64,000 nt of DNA, from NCBI GenBank assembly GCA_964291315.2, contig OZ219751.1:56896-120895 (forward strand). Direction: 5' to 3'. Below, in pieces: positions 10,025 to 20,631 of this stretch. Positions within the stretch are counted from its first letter, which is position 1. Each line of letters begins with the position of its first letter. The position numbers were made by a program, and so were the translations under genes. This stretch comes from Candidatus Poribacteria bacterium. GTDB taxonomy: Bacteria > Poribacteria > WGA-4E > WGA-3G. The notes beneath the pieces were generated by a model, which was given only the letters and a program-made list of their open reading frames with translations, was not told the origin of the DNA and did no database searches.

Positions 10025-10633
10025 CTACAACGGCTTGACTTTAATGTTGCGACACCATATCTTCCCGCCGTGATCTTGAATGCCAATATGCCCACTTCTG
10101 GGAAAATCTTTAAGTGCGATGCCGAATTTATTCCTGCTACCGTCAGGGTTTTGGTGTGGGGTATCCCATTCGTCTAAATCTGCACGAACAATCTCTTCGC
10201 CATTGAGTGTCACAGCAATGATACTTCTGTCACATGTGATACTCATTTGATTCCACTCGCCCGCAGGTTTACAAGTGTTCCGAGTGGGTCCCAAGGCATC
10301 GTAGAGTGCACCACAATCGTGGCTATCAGTCGGTTCTTTGTCGTGCGTATCTAGAATTTGGATTTCAAGACCACTCTGAACTGCATCGTCAAGATCCGCC
10401 CATCGGACAAAAATTCCGCTGTTCACTTTCGGTTCAGTTTTGAACTCAAGCGATAACGTGAAGTTGTCATAATGTTGCTCGGTATAGAGATATTTTCCAC
10501 CCTGAACCGTGCAAAGAATGCTACCGTCGTCAATAATCCAACCTTCGGCACTCCCCGTGGTCCCCCAACCCTTGAGCGTTTTACCATCAAATATGGATAT
10601 CCAACCCTCATTTTTCTCTTTTTCTTTCAGCAT
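10025..10633 (-). CDS. DUF1080 / 3-keto-disaccharide hydrolase family protein
   Basis: GWISIFDGKTLKGW, NSGIFVR, EIQILD, GEWN, GHIGIQDHG. Confidence 0.9.
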   Translation of the reverse strand: MLKEKEKNEGWISIFDGKTLKGWGTTGSAEGWIIDDGSILCTVQGGKYLYTEQHYDNFTLSLEFKTEPKVNSGIFVRWADLDDAVQSGLEIQILDTHDKEPTDSHDCGALYDALGPTRNTCKPAGEWNQMSITCDRSIIAVTLNGEEIVRADLDEWDTPHQNPDGSRNKFGIALKDFPRSGHIGIQDHGGKIWCRNIKVKPL

Positions 10634-10700
10634 TTTGCCTCCTTGTTTTTCTTAATGTATTTGCATAGGTGCGATTCTCAAGTGGACATGCATTAGACAC

Positions 10701-11810
10701 CTAAGACAAGCTCTCTAAAAATAGTCTTCCAACATCAAGGTTGTATTCAAAATCTGTTGGTGACCACGGGCTGTTGTAACCAATGATCGGCACATAACTT
10801 TCGTGGCGCGAACCGTGTGAACGCACAGCAGTCGCTTCTGCTGCCACTTCTAACTCGCCAAAGACGGTAGCTTCATCTGCTAATACAAAAATGTCACCGA
10901 TCCGTTCAGGGTGGAGTCGAAATGTGCATGCAGCATCTTCCGCACGATATGCTTCTTCCACACCCGCTGTATTCAAGAGCGTCTGAATCGCTTTGTCAGT
11001 GTCAACGGGGTTTTCGAGAAATACGTATGCAGCACCACCCAAATTGCCGTGGTGTGCGACGTAACGGTCCTTGATAATCGGAATAGCAGTTGCCGGAATA
11101 CCGTGCTCTGTCAGCACGCGTCCAGGATCAACAGCAGATGTTTTCTCCAACATCCCGTGGTCTGCTGTAATATAAATCTCACGCTCCGGCTCGTCATCAA
11201 TAATATCCCCGATAATCCTATCTAATTCTGAGAGGTGCTGCTTAGACAAAGCGGTATCGGGCGCGTATTTGTGTTGAACCCAGTCTGTTGTTGAGCAATA
11301 GACAAGTTCTGGATCTATTGTCCGTAGGGTCGCTCGTACAGCGCGAAGTAACCACCAGTTGATATCAGCTGAGTAGATCGGTTCAGTAGGTCCAACGGTC
11401 TGGATATATTCAGCAGGTGGATCTTCAGCGGCAACTGAGATGTCAGTGCCAGCTTCCAACATCCGTAGCAATTTTTTCTTTGCTACAAACAGGGCGGTTG
11501 TATCAGCAAACTTACAGGCTTTTGCTACTTCAAAAATCGTTGGTGTAAGTAAGAAACGGTTATCCTCAATGAATTCGCCTTCGCCAGTTGCTCTATCTAC
11601 ATGATAATTGGTTGTGATCCCGTGCGTCTCGGCAAACGTCCCCGTCGCCATGCTTATGTTATTCACATTCGTAACGGATGGAATGACAGCGTTAGCGTGC
11701 TGGTAAAAACCAGTTTCTGCCAATTTTCGGATGTTCGGGATGTCACTTGCAGCGAGGTAGTCGTGGCTTCCGGCATCAATACAAAGAATAAAAACTTTGC
11801 GTCTTTTCAA
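10701..11810 (-). CDS. phnA: Phosphonoacetate hydrolase-like (alkaline phosphatase/NPP superfamily)
   Basis: CIDA, PSVTNVNNISMATG (Thr nucleophile), YCSTTDWVQHKYAP, TADHGM and RSHG match PhnA motifs. TTG start. Confidence 0.75.
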   Translation of the reverse strand: MKRRKVFILCIDAGSHDYLAASDIPNIRKLAETGFYQHANAVIPSVTNVNNISMATGTFAETHGITTNYHVDRATGEGEFIEDNRFLLTPTIFEVAKACKFADTTALFVAKKKLLRMLEAGTDISVAAEDPPAEYIQTVGPTEPIYSADINWWLLRAVRATLRTIDPELVYCSTTDWVQHKYAPDTALSKQHLSELDRIIGDIIDDEPEREIYITADHGMLEKTSAVDPGRVLTEHGIPATAIPIIKDRYVAHHGNLGGAAYVFLENPVDTDKAIQTLLNTAGVEEAYRAEDAACTFRLHPERIGDIFVLADEATVFGELEVAAEATAVRSHGSRHESYVPIIGYNSPWSPTDFEYNLDVGRLFLESLS

Positions 11811-12101
11811 ACTCCGTGTGTTGCTCCTCTATCATGTGTTTTGCTACCTTAAATTTGTCTGTGAAGAACATTGTAACAGTACTCTCCTCAATTTGCAAGG
11901 TTTTTCTTACACTTTGGAATTTTAGATTGTCATTCCAATGGATATCTGCTATAATTACCTTAGAATCGGCAATGTAACAAGATCTGATTGTGTGGAGGAG
12001 CAATGGATATTCTGAATTAGCCCCGTTAATGTTCAGGAATTCCAGAGTTGAGGAAAAGTCAAGCGACTTTTGATTTCTAAAAACAAAGCCTATCTTCATA
12101 G

Positions 12102-12296
12102 GAAAATCCGTTGCTAAGACGTGCCGCAGGATTTGCTGCCCGTTTAGTTTTAGTAGGTGGTTCGGAGGTAATTCCAGAGCTCAAAGAGTCACTCAAAAAT
12201 GGTGACCATGGAACACACTTTAATGAAGCAGTAGGGTTTTTACTTAGGGTAACTGAAAAGCCTGGCTCTTTGCTGAAGACTATAAACAACACCTAA
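12102..12296 (+). pseudogene. Possible remnant of a HEAT/PBS-lyase repeat protein
   Basis: ENPLLRRAAGFA...GGSEVIPELKESLKN resembles a HEAT repeat; the upstream frame is broken and the context is AT-rich. Confidence 0.3.
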
Positions 12297-12540
12297 TCGC
12301 TTATTTCATTCTTAAAGAATGATGGCGTAAAACGATTCGTAATTGCAAGCAAACTGTTTCCCTTAATTCCTATCACTTCGAAGCATTTGCTCGGATCGGA
12401 CACATTTATGTCAGACTCAGTAAAATTGAAGAAACAGTTGAGGTATATAAGCTAGCATTGGTTATTAACTCAAACCTTATCTCTCTTGCTGAAGCAGTCT
12501 TGTGGCAAAACAGCCAGACAGAAAGTAAATAAAACCTGTT

Positions 12541-13341
12541 ATGTATACGGTCATATGGAATCGAAATCGCTTCCTAAAAACACTGTTCGCTTGCAGTGCG
12601 ACAGCAAGTTTTCTGCTCTGGTTAATCTACCTACTATTGGCGCAAGCGAATTTCGGTTTACCCGTGGAATGTTTCTTCGCTGCACAAATATGTGTTGTGC
12701 TTCTGACCGCTCCGTATCTCGCCGCATACACTTGCCATACTAGCTTTCTCAAGGCATGTTCTGCCGAGCTATCTGCAGGTACTAATGCCTCGCTGCTCAG
12801 CCTCAGCCCAATCTCTTTTGGATGGCAACTGTTACGGATGCTTTTGGTGAGTCAGGTTCCGTTATTATACTGGATACTTTTATCAGCTGCCGGCGCTTTC
12901 TTCATCATGGATGCTTCGTTTGCCAAGGTATTGCAGATGTCCTTTATATTAGCGGTTTATAGTGTATCGGCGGCGGCTGTTGGGGTATGGGCAGCACAGG
13001 TTTTTCAAGCCCCAATCTTCGGTGCAGAATGTGCTACTCTTTTATGGTGTGTTTTAATCGGGGGAGCTTTTTTGCTCAATCCTTTAGGGCGTTACGTGGA
13101 TAATCTTCAGCCCTTCCTTTTGCCAGTTTTGCACTTAAACCCAATTATTGCTGTATGCTGTATTTTTGAAGGGTTGGACATCTTTAGAAACCCCTTGATC
13201 TATGAACTAACCCCGGTTCCCTCATACATCTTCATGTATCCGAAACCGTGGTATCTTGTCGGGGTATGGCAACTCGTGATAGGCAGTTGCTGTTTTTTGG
13301 GCGCGTGGCGGATATGCGTATCCCGTGGAAACCCTGACTAG
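12541..13341 (+). CDS. Multi-pass membrane protein (ABC-2 permease-like)
   Basis: About 6 hydrophobic segments; 'LHLNPIIAV' motif. Confidence 0.6.
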   Translation: MYTVIWNRNRFLKTLFACSATASFLLWLIYLLLAQANFGLPVECFFAAQICVVLLTAPYLAAYTCHTSFLKACSAELSAGTNASLLSLSPISFGWQLLRMLLVSQVPLLYWILLSAAGAFFIMDASFAKVLQMSFILAVYSVSAAAVGVWAAQVFQAPIFGAECATLLWCVLIGGAFLLNPLGRYVDNLQPFLLPVLHLNPIIAVCCIFEGLDIFRNPLIYELTPVPSYIFMYPKPWYLVGVWQLVIGSCCFLGAWRICVSRGNPD

Positions 13342-13359
13342 GAATTCAGAGAGGACTAT

Positions 13360-14760
13360 ATGGCTAAAGCAGAAAAACCTATTATTAGTGTTTCAGGCGT
13401 TCGTGGGGAGATCGGTGTTTCACTTGATGTCCGCGTCATCACACGGTTCGCGATGGCTTTCGGAACCTTTGTCCGTGGGAGGACAGTAGTTGTCGGACGA
13501 GACTCCCGAACTTCCAGCCCAACGGTCCGACACGCTGTGCTAGCAGGACTTTTTGCCACCGGATGCCATATTATCGATGTAGGAATTTGCCCAACGCCGA
13601 CTGTCCTCTTAATCGCGAAAGTACTCCATGCACAGGGCAGCATTACTATTACAGCCAGCCACAACCCGATCGCTTGGAACGGCATCGAATTCGCCTCTGC
13701 ATCAGGAAATCTTCTTACCCCTGCCCAACGGGATAAATTGATGCAGATTTATGAAACGGAGAATTTCAGACTTGCTTCTTGGAATGAGCAAGGAACGCTT
13801 GAGCTCTACGAAGGTGCAGTAGCCTGCCATGTAGAGCGAATTCTACATTCCGCGTGGATTTCACCAAACTTAATTCGAAAAGCCGCACTGAAAGTTGTAT
13901 TAGATTGTGGGAATGGGGCTGGCAGTGTCATAAGTCCAGCACTGTTGCGAAAACTTGGTTGTCAAGTTGTTCCGCTTAACTGTGTTTTAGATGGACACTT
14001 TCGCCGTTCTGCTGAACCTACGCCTGATGCATTAGGTGAGCTCTGCGAGACTGTTCGTGCGTCTCAGGCAGATATCGGCTTTGCCCATGACGGTGATGCT
14101 GACAGGCTCGTTATCGTTACAGAGCGCGGGGTTGCCTTAAGCGGCGAATGGACACTCGCCTTCGCTGTCGATTTCATCCTCGGTAAGACTAAAGGCGATG
14201 TGGTTGTTACAGTATCTACGAGCCGAATGTTAAACGATATTACAGCAAGGCACGGTGTCGCACTCCATCGCACAAAAGTCGGAGTAGGGTGGGTCGTTGA
14301 GAAAATGCATGAAACTAAAGCAGTTATTGGTGGAGAAGGCACCGGCGGCGTTATTTATCCTGACATTCTCTACACAACAGACGGTATTAACTCTATTGCT
14401 GCGATCGTACAATACCTTGCCGAGTCTGAAGGTACAGTCACGCAGCTTGTCGAAAACATGCCGCAATATCAGATGTGTCGAAAGAAATTGGAAATCCCGT
14501 CACAAGAACTAGCAGCACGCCTCCTTGAGCTCACTTTAAATGTTTATAAAGAGCAGACTGCTACACAGAATGGCCCGCTTCTTGAATTCACAGATGGGGT
14601 CAAGCGTATCTGGGATAATCGGTGGGTGAATATCCGTCTGTCAGGCACAGAACCTGTGATTCGAATCTTCAGCGAGGCACCGACTTTAGCAGAGGCGGAA
14701 CGATTGTGCGACGAAACGCTCGAAACCCTGGGCGTCTTACTGAAACAGATTTCATATTAA
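13360..14760 (+). CDS. glmM: Phosphohexomutase (GlmM/PMM family)
   Basis: TASHNP, DGDADR, GGEGTGG, RLSGTEPVIR. Substrate specificity is not certain. Confidence 0.8.
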   Translation: MAKAEKPIISVSGVRGEIGVSLDVRVITRFAMAFGTFVRGRTVVVGRDSRTSSPTVRHAVLAGLFATGCHIIDVGICPTPTVLLIAKVLHAQGSITITASHNPIAWNGIEFASASGNLLTPAQRDKLMQIYETENFRLASWNEQGTLELYEGAVACHVERILHSAWISPNLIRKAALKVVLDCGNGAGSVISPALLRKLGCQVVPLNCVLDGHFRRSAEPTPDALGELCETVRASQADIGFAHDGDADRLVIVTERGVALSGEWTLAFAVDFILGKTKGDVVVTVSTSRMLNDITARHGVALHRTKVGVGWVVEKMHETKAVIGGEGTGGVIYPDILYTTDGINSIAAIVQYLAESEGTVTQLVENMPQYQMCRKKLEIPSQELAARLLELTLNVYKEQTATQNGPLLEFTDGVKRIWDNRWVNIRLSGTEPVIRIFSEAPTLAEAERLCDETLETLGVLLKQISY

Positions 14761-14883
14761 CTACGTTATCTACTGTACTGCACTCTAAAGCCTTGCAAAG
14801 GCGAAATGCATATATACCGCGGAAACCCCGAAGCTTCTACCCAGTTTATATAAGTAAGTTCCGCGATTCCAGTTGGAGAAATT

Positions 14884-16128
14884 ATGGCTTTGAAACTTGC
14901 CTGCATCGGAGGCGGCAGCGGTTTATCCGCCTTACTTAGTGGAATTAAGCACTATGCCGATCTGGAAAAAGGCAGAGATAATATTATTGATTTGGATAGT
15001 TTGGCAGCAATCGTTACCGTCTCCGATGATGGTGGAAGCTCAGGACGCCTTGTTGAAGAATTTGACATGCTGCCTCCTGGTGACATTCGCAGACTCCTCT
15101 TTACCTTATCCGATGCCGATGAGCTCGCGGGGCTTTTTGAATATCGCTTTTCAAGCAACGGTGAACTCGGTGGACATACCGTCGGGAATCTCTTGTTAAC
15201 CGCGCTAACAGAGAAATTTGAAGGCAACTTTCCCAAGGCAATTCAAGCAGCATCAAGGCTCCTCTCGGTTCGAGGACAGATTATTCCTGTCACATTGGAC
15301 TATACCGTTTTGTGTGCAGAACTCGCGGATGGAGAAATCGTCCGAGGCGAGTCCACCATACCGGTCCGGGAAAATCGGGAGCCAATCAAGCGAGTCTTTT
15401 TTGAACCGCGTGAGAATGGAAAGACAGATCACTCTCACGATGAGACCTATAAGTGCCAAGCCCACGAAGGAGCTATAGAAGCACTCATTAACGCTGACGT
15501 GATTATCATTGGACCCGGTAGTCTTTACACTAGTATCATGCCGAATCTAGTTATCGACGGCATCGTCGAAACAATTCAACGTTCAGACGCTGTTAAAATC
15601 TATGTCTGTAACGTTATGACACAACCCGGGGAAACTGATGGATACTCCGTTACTGACCACGTCAACGCTATTTGGGACCACGCAAAAATTCCAATAGACT
15701 ACGTCGTGGTTAACAACCAACCCGCCCCAACTGAGGTCATGCAAGAATATGTCCGAAAAGAATTGGTATCCCAGCTGACTCGAATTCGGTCGATCGCCGA
15801 GGAAGGACTGACGATGCTTTATGAAGATACACAACATCTTATGGACGTTCTAAACTTGGCGAAAGATATTTCATCGCTGTCAGTTGAAACAATGCAGGTT
15901 GCTGATGCTTCAAAAGTACAGGTTTCTTATAACCCTGAACAAGAAAATCTTGAGGCTGAAGGGATCTTTGTTGTTGAAGCGGATCTGATCCGAGATATGG
16001 TCGTCACTGAATTCGGGACATGGCTCGGGGGTGTACAAATGAACGTCATTCGCCACGATCCGGAAAAATTGGCACGATCCCTTGTAAAAATCTTTGGAAG
16101 TCATCCTAAACTTCAAGAAGCTTTCTAA
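14884..16128 (+). CDS. yvcK: YvcK/GlmR (UPF0052, CofD-like) protein
   Basis: IGGGSGL, DDGGSSG, PPGDIR, GPGSLYTSIMPNL, IRHDPEKLA. Confidence 0.9.
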   Translation: MALKLACIGGGSGLSALLSGIKHYADLEKGRDNIIDLDSLAAIVTVSDDGGSSGRLVEEFDMLPPGDIRRLLFTLSDADELAGLFEYRFSSNGELGGHTVGNLLLTALTEKFEGNFPKAIQAASRLLSVRGQIIPVTLDYTVLCAELADGEIVRGESTIPVRENREPIKRVFFEPRENGKTDHSHDETYKCQAHEGAIEALINADVIIIGPGSLYTSIMPNLVIDGIVETIQRSDAVKIYVCNVMTQPGETDGYSVTDHVNAIWDHAKIPIDYVVVNNQPAPTEVMQEYVRKELVSQLTRIRSIAEEGLTMLYEDTQHLMDVLNLAKDISSLSVETMQVADASKVQVSYNPEQENLEAEGIFVVEADLIRDMVVTEFGTWLGGVQMNVIRHDPEKLARSLVKIFGSHPKLQEAF

Positions 16129-16161
16129 GGAAATGCGTCCACTTACAATTTAATGTTGGGA

Positions 16162-16350
16162 TTACTTAGAAAGGTTCACATCATCGGCAGCAATTTGGTG
16201 GGCAAATGTATCACAAATTTGGGACAAATTATCGATGAAACGTTCCCAGCGAAACTCATCTTGACGCGCTTTTGCTATTGCAAGACATAGAGCAGTTTCA
16301 TATAAGCATAGACGATTCTTATTTTTCTTCCGCATATTGGCAGATTTCAT
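16162..16350 (-). CDS. Small hypothetical protein (62 aa)
   Basis: ATG preceded by purine-rich GAAAGGGCG; no recognisable family. Confidence 0.35.
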   Translation of the reverse strand: MKSANMRKKNKNRLCLYETALCLAIAKARQDEFRWERFIDNLSQICDTFAHQIAADDVNLSK

Positions 16351-16827
16351 AACTTCGCCCCTTTCTAAAAGATTAAAATAAATTGTCTAAGAACTTCAAA
16401 GTAGAAATTCCAACATAACATTTAAACGATGTTCTACGGAAAAGGTTACATCTCTTGAAAAACAAACCATTTTTAATCTTGTAACTATTGGAACCTCGTA
16501 TCTTTAGGAACCTTATCCTGAGTTTTTACTTTCACCAGAAATCTGCCGTATGCTGAACATCTATAAATAGATACCGTAGGGACGAAATCTCTTATAGATA
16601 ATGAACATCTGTGCCTGTTTTCAAGCGCTATATCCATATTTTTCGACACTGTGCAAAAAAGCAATTCCTCAAGTTCAGTAGTTCCAAGTTAAAACCCCTT
16701 GTTTTTGAGAAACATAAGTTTGCGACAGGAAACTCGCTGTATTGTTAGATACAATCTTAAGGCAAAAAGATTGCAAAATTTTTCGAAAAAAATGGGATCC
16801 TATGTCTAAGACCGAAAACTGAAAATC

Positions 16828-16856
16828 TTGACTTTGTGGTGCTTTGAAGTTATAAT
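16828..16856 (+). promoter_or_regulatory. sigma70-type promoter upstream of glnS
   Basis: TTGACT-17nt-TATAAT. Confidence 0.7.
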
Positions 16857-16945
16857 TACTCACAAAATGTTCTAACATCTATAAACATGCCCCTTCATCG
16901 GAGCGGAGGTTTCTGTAATACACCTAACACAGAACATATTAAGAT

Positions 16946-18664
16946 ATGAAGCATTCAGGTTCCCATTTGAAAGAAGAAGCTAACAAACCTTCCGACACAA
17001 ACTTTATTCGTCAAGAGATTGACAAAGACCTTAAACTAAACAGATATGAAGGTAGGGTCCATACCCGATTCCCGCCAGAACCGAGCGGGTACCTCCATAT
17101 CGGACACGCCAAGGCTATCTGTATCAGCTTCGGTATTGCGGAAGATTATGATGGTCTCTACAACTTACGGTTTGATGACAGTAACCCGATCACAGAAGAA
17201 AGTGAGTACGTAGACGCGATTAGACGGGATGTCCGTTGGCTCGGGTTTGATTGGAAAGACCGGGAGTATCACGCTTCGGACTATTTTGAAACGCTCTATG
17301 AATACGCCGTGAAACTGATAGAAAAAGGGCTTGCCTACGTCTGTAATTTGACGTTAGACGAGACTCGCGCTTATCGTGGCACCTTAGTTGAACCGGGGAA
17401 AAATAGCCCTTATCGAAACCGACCTGTTGATGAGAACTTAAAGCTGTTCCGCGGGATGCGAGAAGGTAAGTTTGCAGACGGTTTCTGCACACTTCGCGCG
17501 AAAATTGATATGACAAGCCCAAACCTGAATATGCGTGATCCCGTGATGTACCGTATTCTCAGGACACATCACCATCGACACCAGGACAAGTGGTGTATCT
17601 ATCCGACCTACGATTTCGCTCACGGGCAGTCTGATTCGATTGAAGGCATAACACATTCTTTGTGTGATGTTCAGTTTGAAGACCATCGCCCGCTTTATGA
17701 CTGGTTTTTAGAATCCTTAGAGATTTATCAGCCTCGACAAATTGAATTTGCCCGGTTAAACCTCACTTATACCGTCTTAGGCAAACGGAAACTCAAAGTT
17801 CTCGTTGAGGAGGGGCACGTCAATGGATGGGATGATCCGAGATTGCCCACGCTTTCTGGAATGCGCCGTCGTGGGTATACCCCTGAATCTATCCGAGATT
17901 TTTGCAGGCGCATCGGTGTTTCAAAAGCTGATAACCTCATTGAGATCCAGCAGCTTGAGTATTCTATTAGGAACCACTTAAATCAACATGCCCCGCGCGT
18001 CATGGCTGTTCTCAATCCGGTTAAAGTCGTTATTGACAACTATCCAGAGGGACAAGTCGAAATGCTTGATGCTGAAAATAACCCAGAGAATGAGAACGCT
18101 GGCACACGAGAGATCCCATTTTCGAGGGAAATTTATATTGAGCGTGAAGATTTCATGGAGGAGCCGCCTCGGAAATTTTTTAGGTTAGCTCCTGGTCGAG
18201 AGGTTCGGCTCAAGCATGCCTATTATATCCGGTGTGATTCTGTTGTGAAGGATGAGAACACCGGCGAGATTCTTGAGATTCACTGTACCTATGATCCAGA
18301 GACGCGGGGCGGCTGGTCGGAAGATGGACGCCGCGTAAGAGGTACGTTGCATTGGGTTTCTGCCGAACACGCAGCCGATGCTGAGGTCCGTCTCTACACC
18401 CCTCTCTTTACAGAACGCGAGCCGGAGAATGCAGCAGCCGATGCTGACTGGACGCAATTCCTCAACCCAAATTCTTTGCAGGTTTTGTACAACTGCAAGG
18501 TTGAACCGGGGCTTGTTGGTGCAACGCCTGAAAGCCGATATCAATTTCTGAGAATAGGTTATTTTTGTGTTGATCCAGATACAATAACCGAGAAATTAGT
18601 ATTCAACCGCACAGTACCACTAAGAGATAGTTGGGCGAAAATTCAAAAAGGCAAAAATGAATAA
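16946..18664 (+). CDS. glnS: Glutamine--tRNA ligase
   Basis: [46 protein letters not shown]. Confidence 0.97.
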   Translation: MKHSGSHLKEEANKPSDTNFIRQEIDKDLKLNRYEGRVHTRFPPEPSGYLHIGHAKAICISFGIAEDYDGLYNLRFDDSNPITEESEYVDAIRRDVRWLGFDWKDREYHASDYFETLYEYAVKLIEKGLAYVCNLTLDETRAYRGTLVEPGKNSPYRNRPVDENLKLFRGMREGKFADGFCTLRAKIDMTSPNLNMRDPVMYRILRTHHHRHQDKWCIYPTYDFAHGQSDSIEGITHSLCDVQFEDHRPLYDWFLESLEIYQPRQIEFARLNLTYTVLGKRKLKVLVEEGHVNGWDDPRLPTLSGMRRRGYTPESIRDFCRRIGVSKADNLIEIQQLEYSIRNHLNQHAPRVMAVLNPVKVVIDNYPEGQVEMLDAENNPENENAGTREIPFSREIYIEREDFMEEPPRKFFRLAPGREVRLKHAYYIRCDSVVKDENTGEILEIHCTYDPETRGGWSEDGRRVRGTLHWVSAEHAADAEVRLYTPLFTEREPENAAADADWTQFLNPNSLQVLYNCKVEPGLVGATPESRYQFLRIGYFCVDPDTITEKLVFNRTVPLRDSWAKIQKGKNE

Positions 18665-20132
18665 TACTCTAAGCAGAACAACAGCAGCTCTTAAGAACCT
18701 AGTCCGCGTCCGGATGGCACCTTCTCCCACCGGGTACCTGCACATTGGCGGGGCCCGAACTGCTTTATTTAACTGGTTGTTTGCCAAACAACACAACGGT
18801 AAATTTATTCTCCGAATTGATGATACTGACACAGTACGTTCCACTGATGAGTCCATGCGCGAGATTTACAAAGCATTAAAGTGGTTAGGCATCGATTGGG
18901 ATAAGCACTATGTCCAGTCAGAACGGAGGGAAGTCTATGAGCGATACGTCGATCAGTTACTTGAACTTGGTTGTGCATATCACTGCTATTGCACACCTAA
19001 GGAATTAGAGGAGCTCCGTAGACAGGCTCGCGCCGATAAGCAGCCGCGTTCCTATGACGGGAGGTGCCGGCATCTGACATCGGAAGCCGTCCAACGTTTT
19101 GTTGCTGAAGGCAGAAAGCCGACTGTGCGGATAAAGATGCCTGATTCTCCTATCCGTGTGAATGACATCGTTCTGGGTTCCCGCGATATTGATCCGAGAA
19201 CCCTTGAGGATGAGGTAATTGTTCGTTCAAATGGGATGCCGAACTACAATCTTACCTCAATTATCGACGATGCAGAGATGCAGATAACACACGTCATTCG
19301 TGGAACAGAGCATCTCAACAACACACCGAAGCAGATTGCGATTGCAAATGCCCTCGGTTTAGAGGTTCCGCAGTTTGCGCACATTCCGTTGGTCTTGGAT
19401 AGTAGTGGGAGAAAAATGAGCAAGCGCCATCACGGTGACCTTGTTGCCGTTAACCGCTATCGTGATCAAGGATATCTGCCTGAAGCGCTTCTGAACTTCG
19501 TTGTTCGGCTCGGTTGGTCCTATGATGACAAGCAGGAGATTTTCTCTATTGAAGAGCTTATAGAGAAATTCGACCTTTCACGGGTTGGGAAGAGTGGGAG
19601 TGTCTTTGATATTAAGAAGCTGCAGTGGCTCAGCTCCCACTATATTAATCAACTGAGTACTCCGTTACGGACAGACGCGGTGATCCCGTTCTGGCAAGCA
19701 GAAGGTTTGCTGGATTCAACAGAGGAGCGCGCCTGGTTGGAAGGTATTGTGGAAGCGGTCGGCGAGCGCCTCACAACCCTGCAAGACATTATTCCGCAGA
19801 CGCGCTATTTCTTTACCGATGAGTTTGAGTACGATCCAAAAGCTGTGAAGAAATGGTGGGGGGGCTCCGTGGAAAAGCGGCAGAAAACGCGCATGACACT
19901 GAAGAATATCGCACAAATTTTGGAAGAGCTTCCTACATACGATATAGAGACAGTTGAAGCGACTATTTGGAAATACACGGATGATCAGAACATCAAGCGC
20001 GTTGGTGTGATGCAGGCAGTGCGGGTTGCACTGACAGGAGCCTCCTTCGGACCGGGTCTCTTTGATATTGTTGTATTGCTTGGTAAAAATGAGGTCTTAA
20101 AACGGATTTCAAAGGCGGTGGGGCATCTGTGA
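18657..20132 (+). CDS. gltX: Glutamate--tRNA ligase
   Basis: [22 protein letters not shown] Zn knuckle; overlaps glnS by 8 nt. Confidence 0.96.
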   Translation: MNNTLSRTTAALKNLVRVRMAPSPTGYLHIGGARTALFNWLFAKQHNGKFILRIDDTDTVRSTDESMREIYKALKWLGIDWDKHYVQSERREVYERYVDQLLELGCAYHCYCTPKELEELRRQARADKQPRSYDGRCRHLTSEAVQRFVAEGRKPTVRIKMPDSPIRVNDIVLGSRDIDPRTLEDEVIVRSNGMPNYNLTSIIDDAEMQITHVIRGTEHLNNTPKQIAIANALGLEVPQFAHIPLVLDSSGRKMSKRHHGDLVAVNRYRDQGYLPEALLNFVVRLGWSYDDKQEIFSIEELIEKFDLSRVGKSGSVFDIKKLQWLSSHYINQLSTPLRTDAVIPFWQAEGLLDSTEERAWLEGIVEAVGERLTTLQDIIPQTRYFFTDEFEYDPKAVKKWWGGSVEKRQKTRMTLKNIAQILEELPTYDIETVEATIWKYTDDQNIKRVGVMQAVRVALTGASFGPGLFDIVVLLGKNEVLKRISKAVGHL

Positions 20133-20187
20133 GTTGCATGTGGATCGAGCTCTCTTTTTGATGCTGTAGTGAAAAATAGAGAAATAT

Positions 20188-20216
20188 TTGACAAACGGTA
20201 TAAAATGTGTTATATT
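20188..20216 (+). promoter_or_regulatory. sigma70-type promoter
   Basis: TTGACA-17nt-TATATT with extended TG. Confidence 0.7.
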
Positions 20217-20261
20217 TTATTATGCGGATGCACAGACTGACAGTCTATGCTACAAAAGAGA

Positions 20262-20286
20262 GGCTCTCTCACGTTAGAGCTTTTTT
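20262..20286 (+). terminator. Intrinsic terminator-like hairpin about 45 nt after the promoter
   Basis: GGCTCT-8nt-AGAGCT followed by a T run. Confidence 0.45.
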
Positions 20287-20631
20287 GAGTATTGAGGACA
20301 AGAGATGATGGACAACCGAGTTGTTAATGTACCGAGTAAAGAGAGGAGGGTGAAGGTGTCGCGATGCAGTAGCTTTCTATCTTTTATCTGGGTATCTATT
20401 TTAACTTCTTGTTATTACCCCCCCCTTAAAAATTATCTTTTTGTTAAATATTCGTTCTTGTTTCATTATTCTTTGTTCTGTATCCGTGCCCCGTTTTCCA
20501 AATCTATGTTTTTGGTGCGGGTGTTTTTTTGCATGACGTTGATAGAGATCAGAGGCATCTATCGTTGAAGTGATGTCGAACAATATTAGAATTTTAAGAT
20601 AAATATCTTCCTGCTTTTAGGAGGTACAATA

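Noticed and set aside
11776-12099. 107-aa minus-strand ORF
   Set aside because: AT-rich, overlaps the phnA start, and has no motifs.
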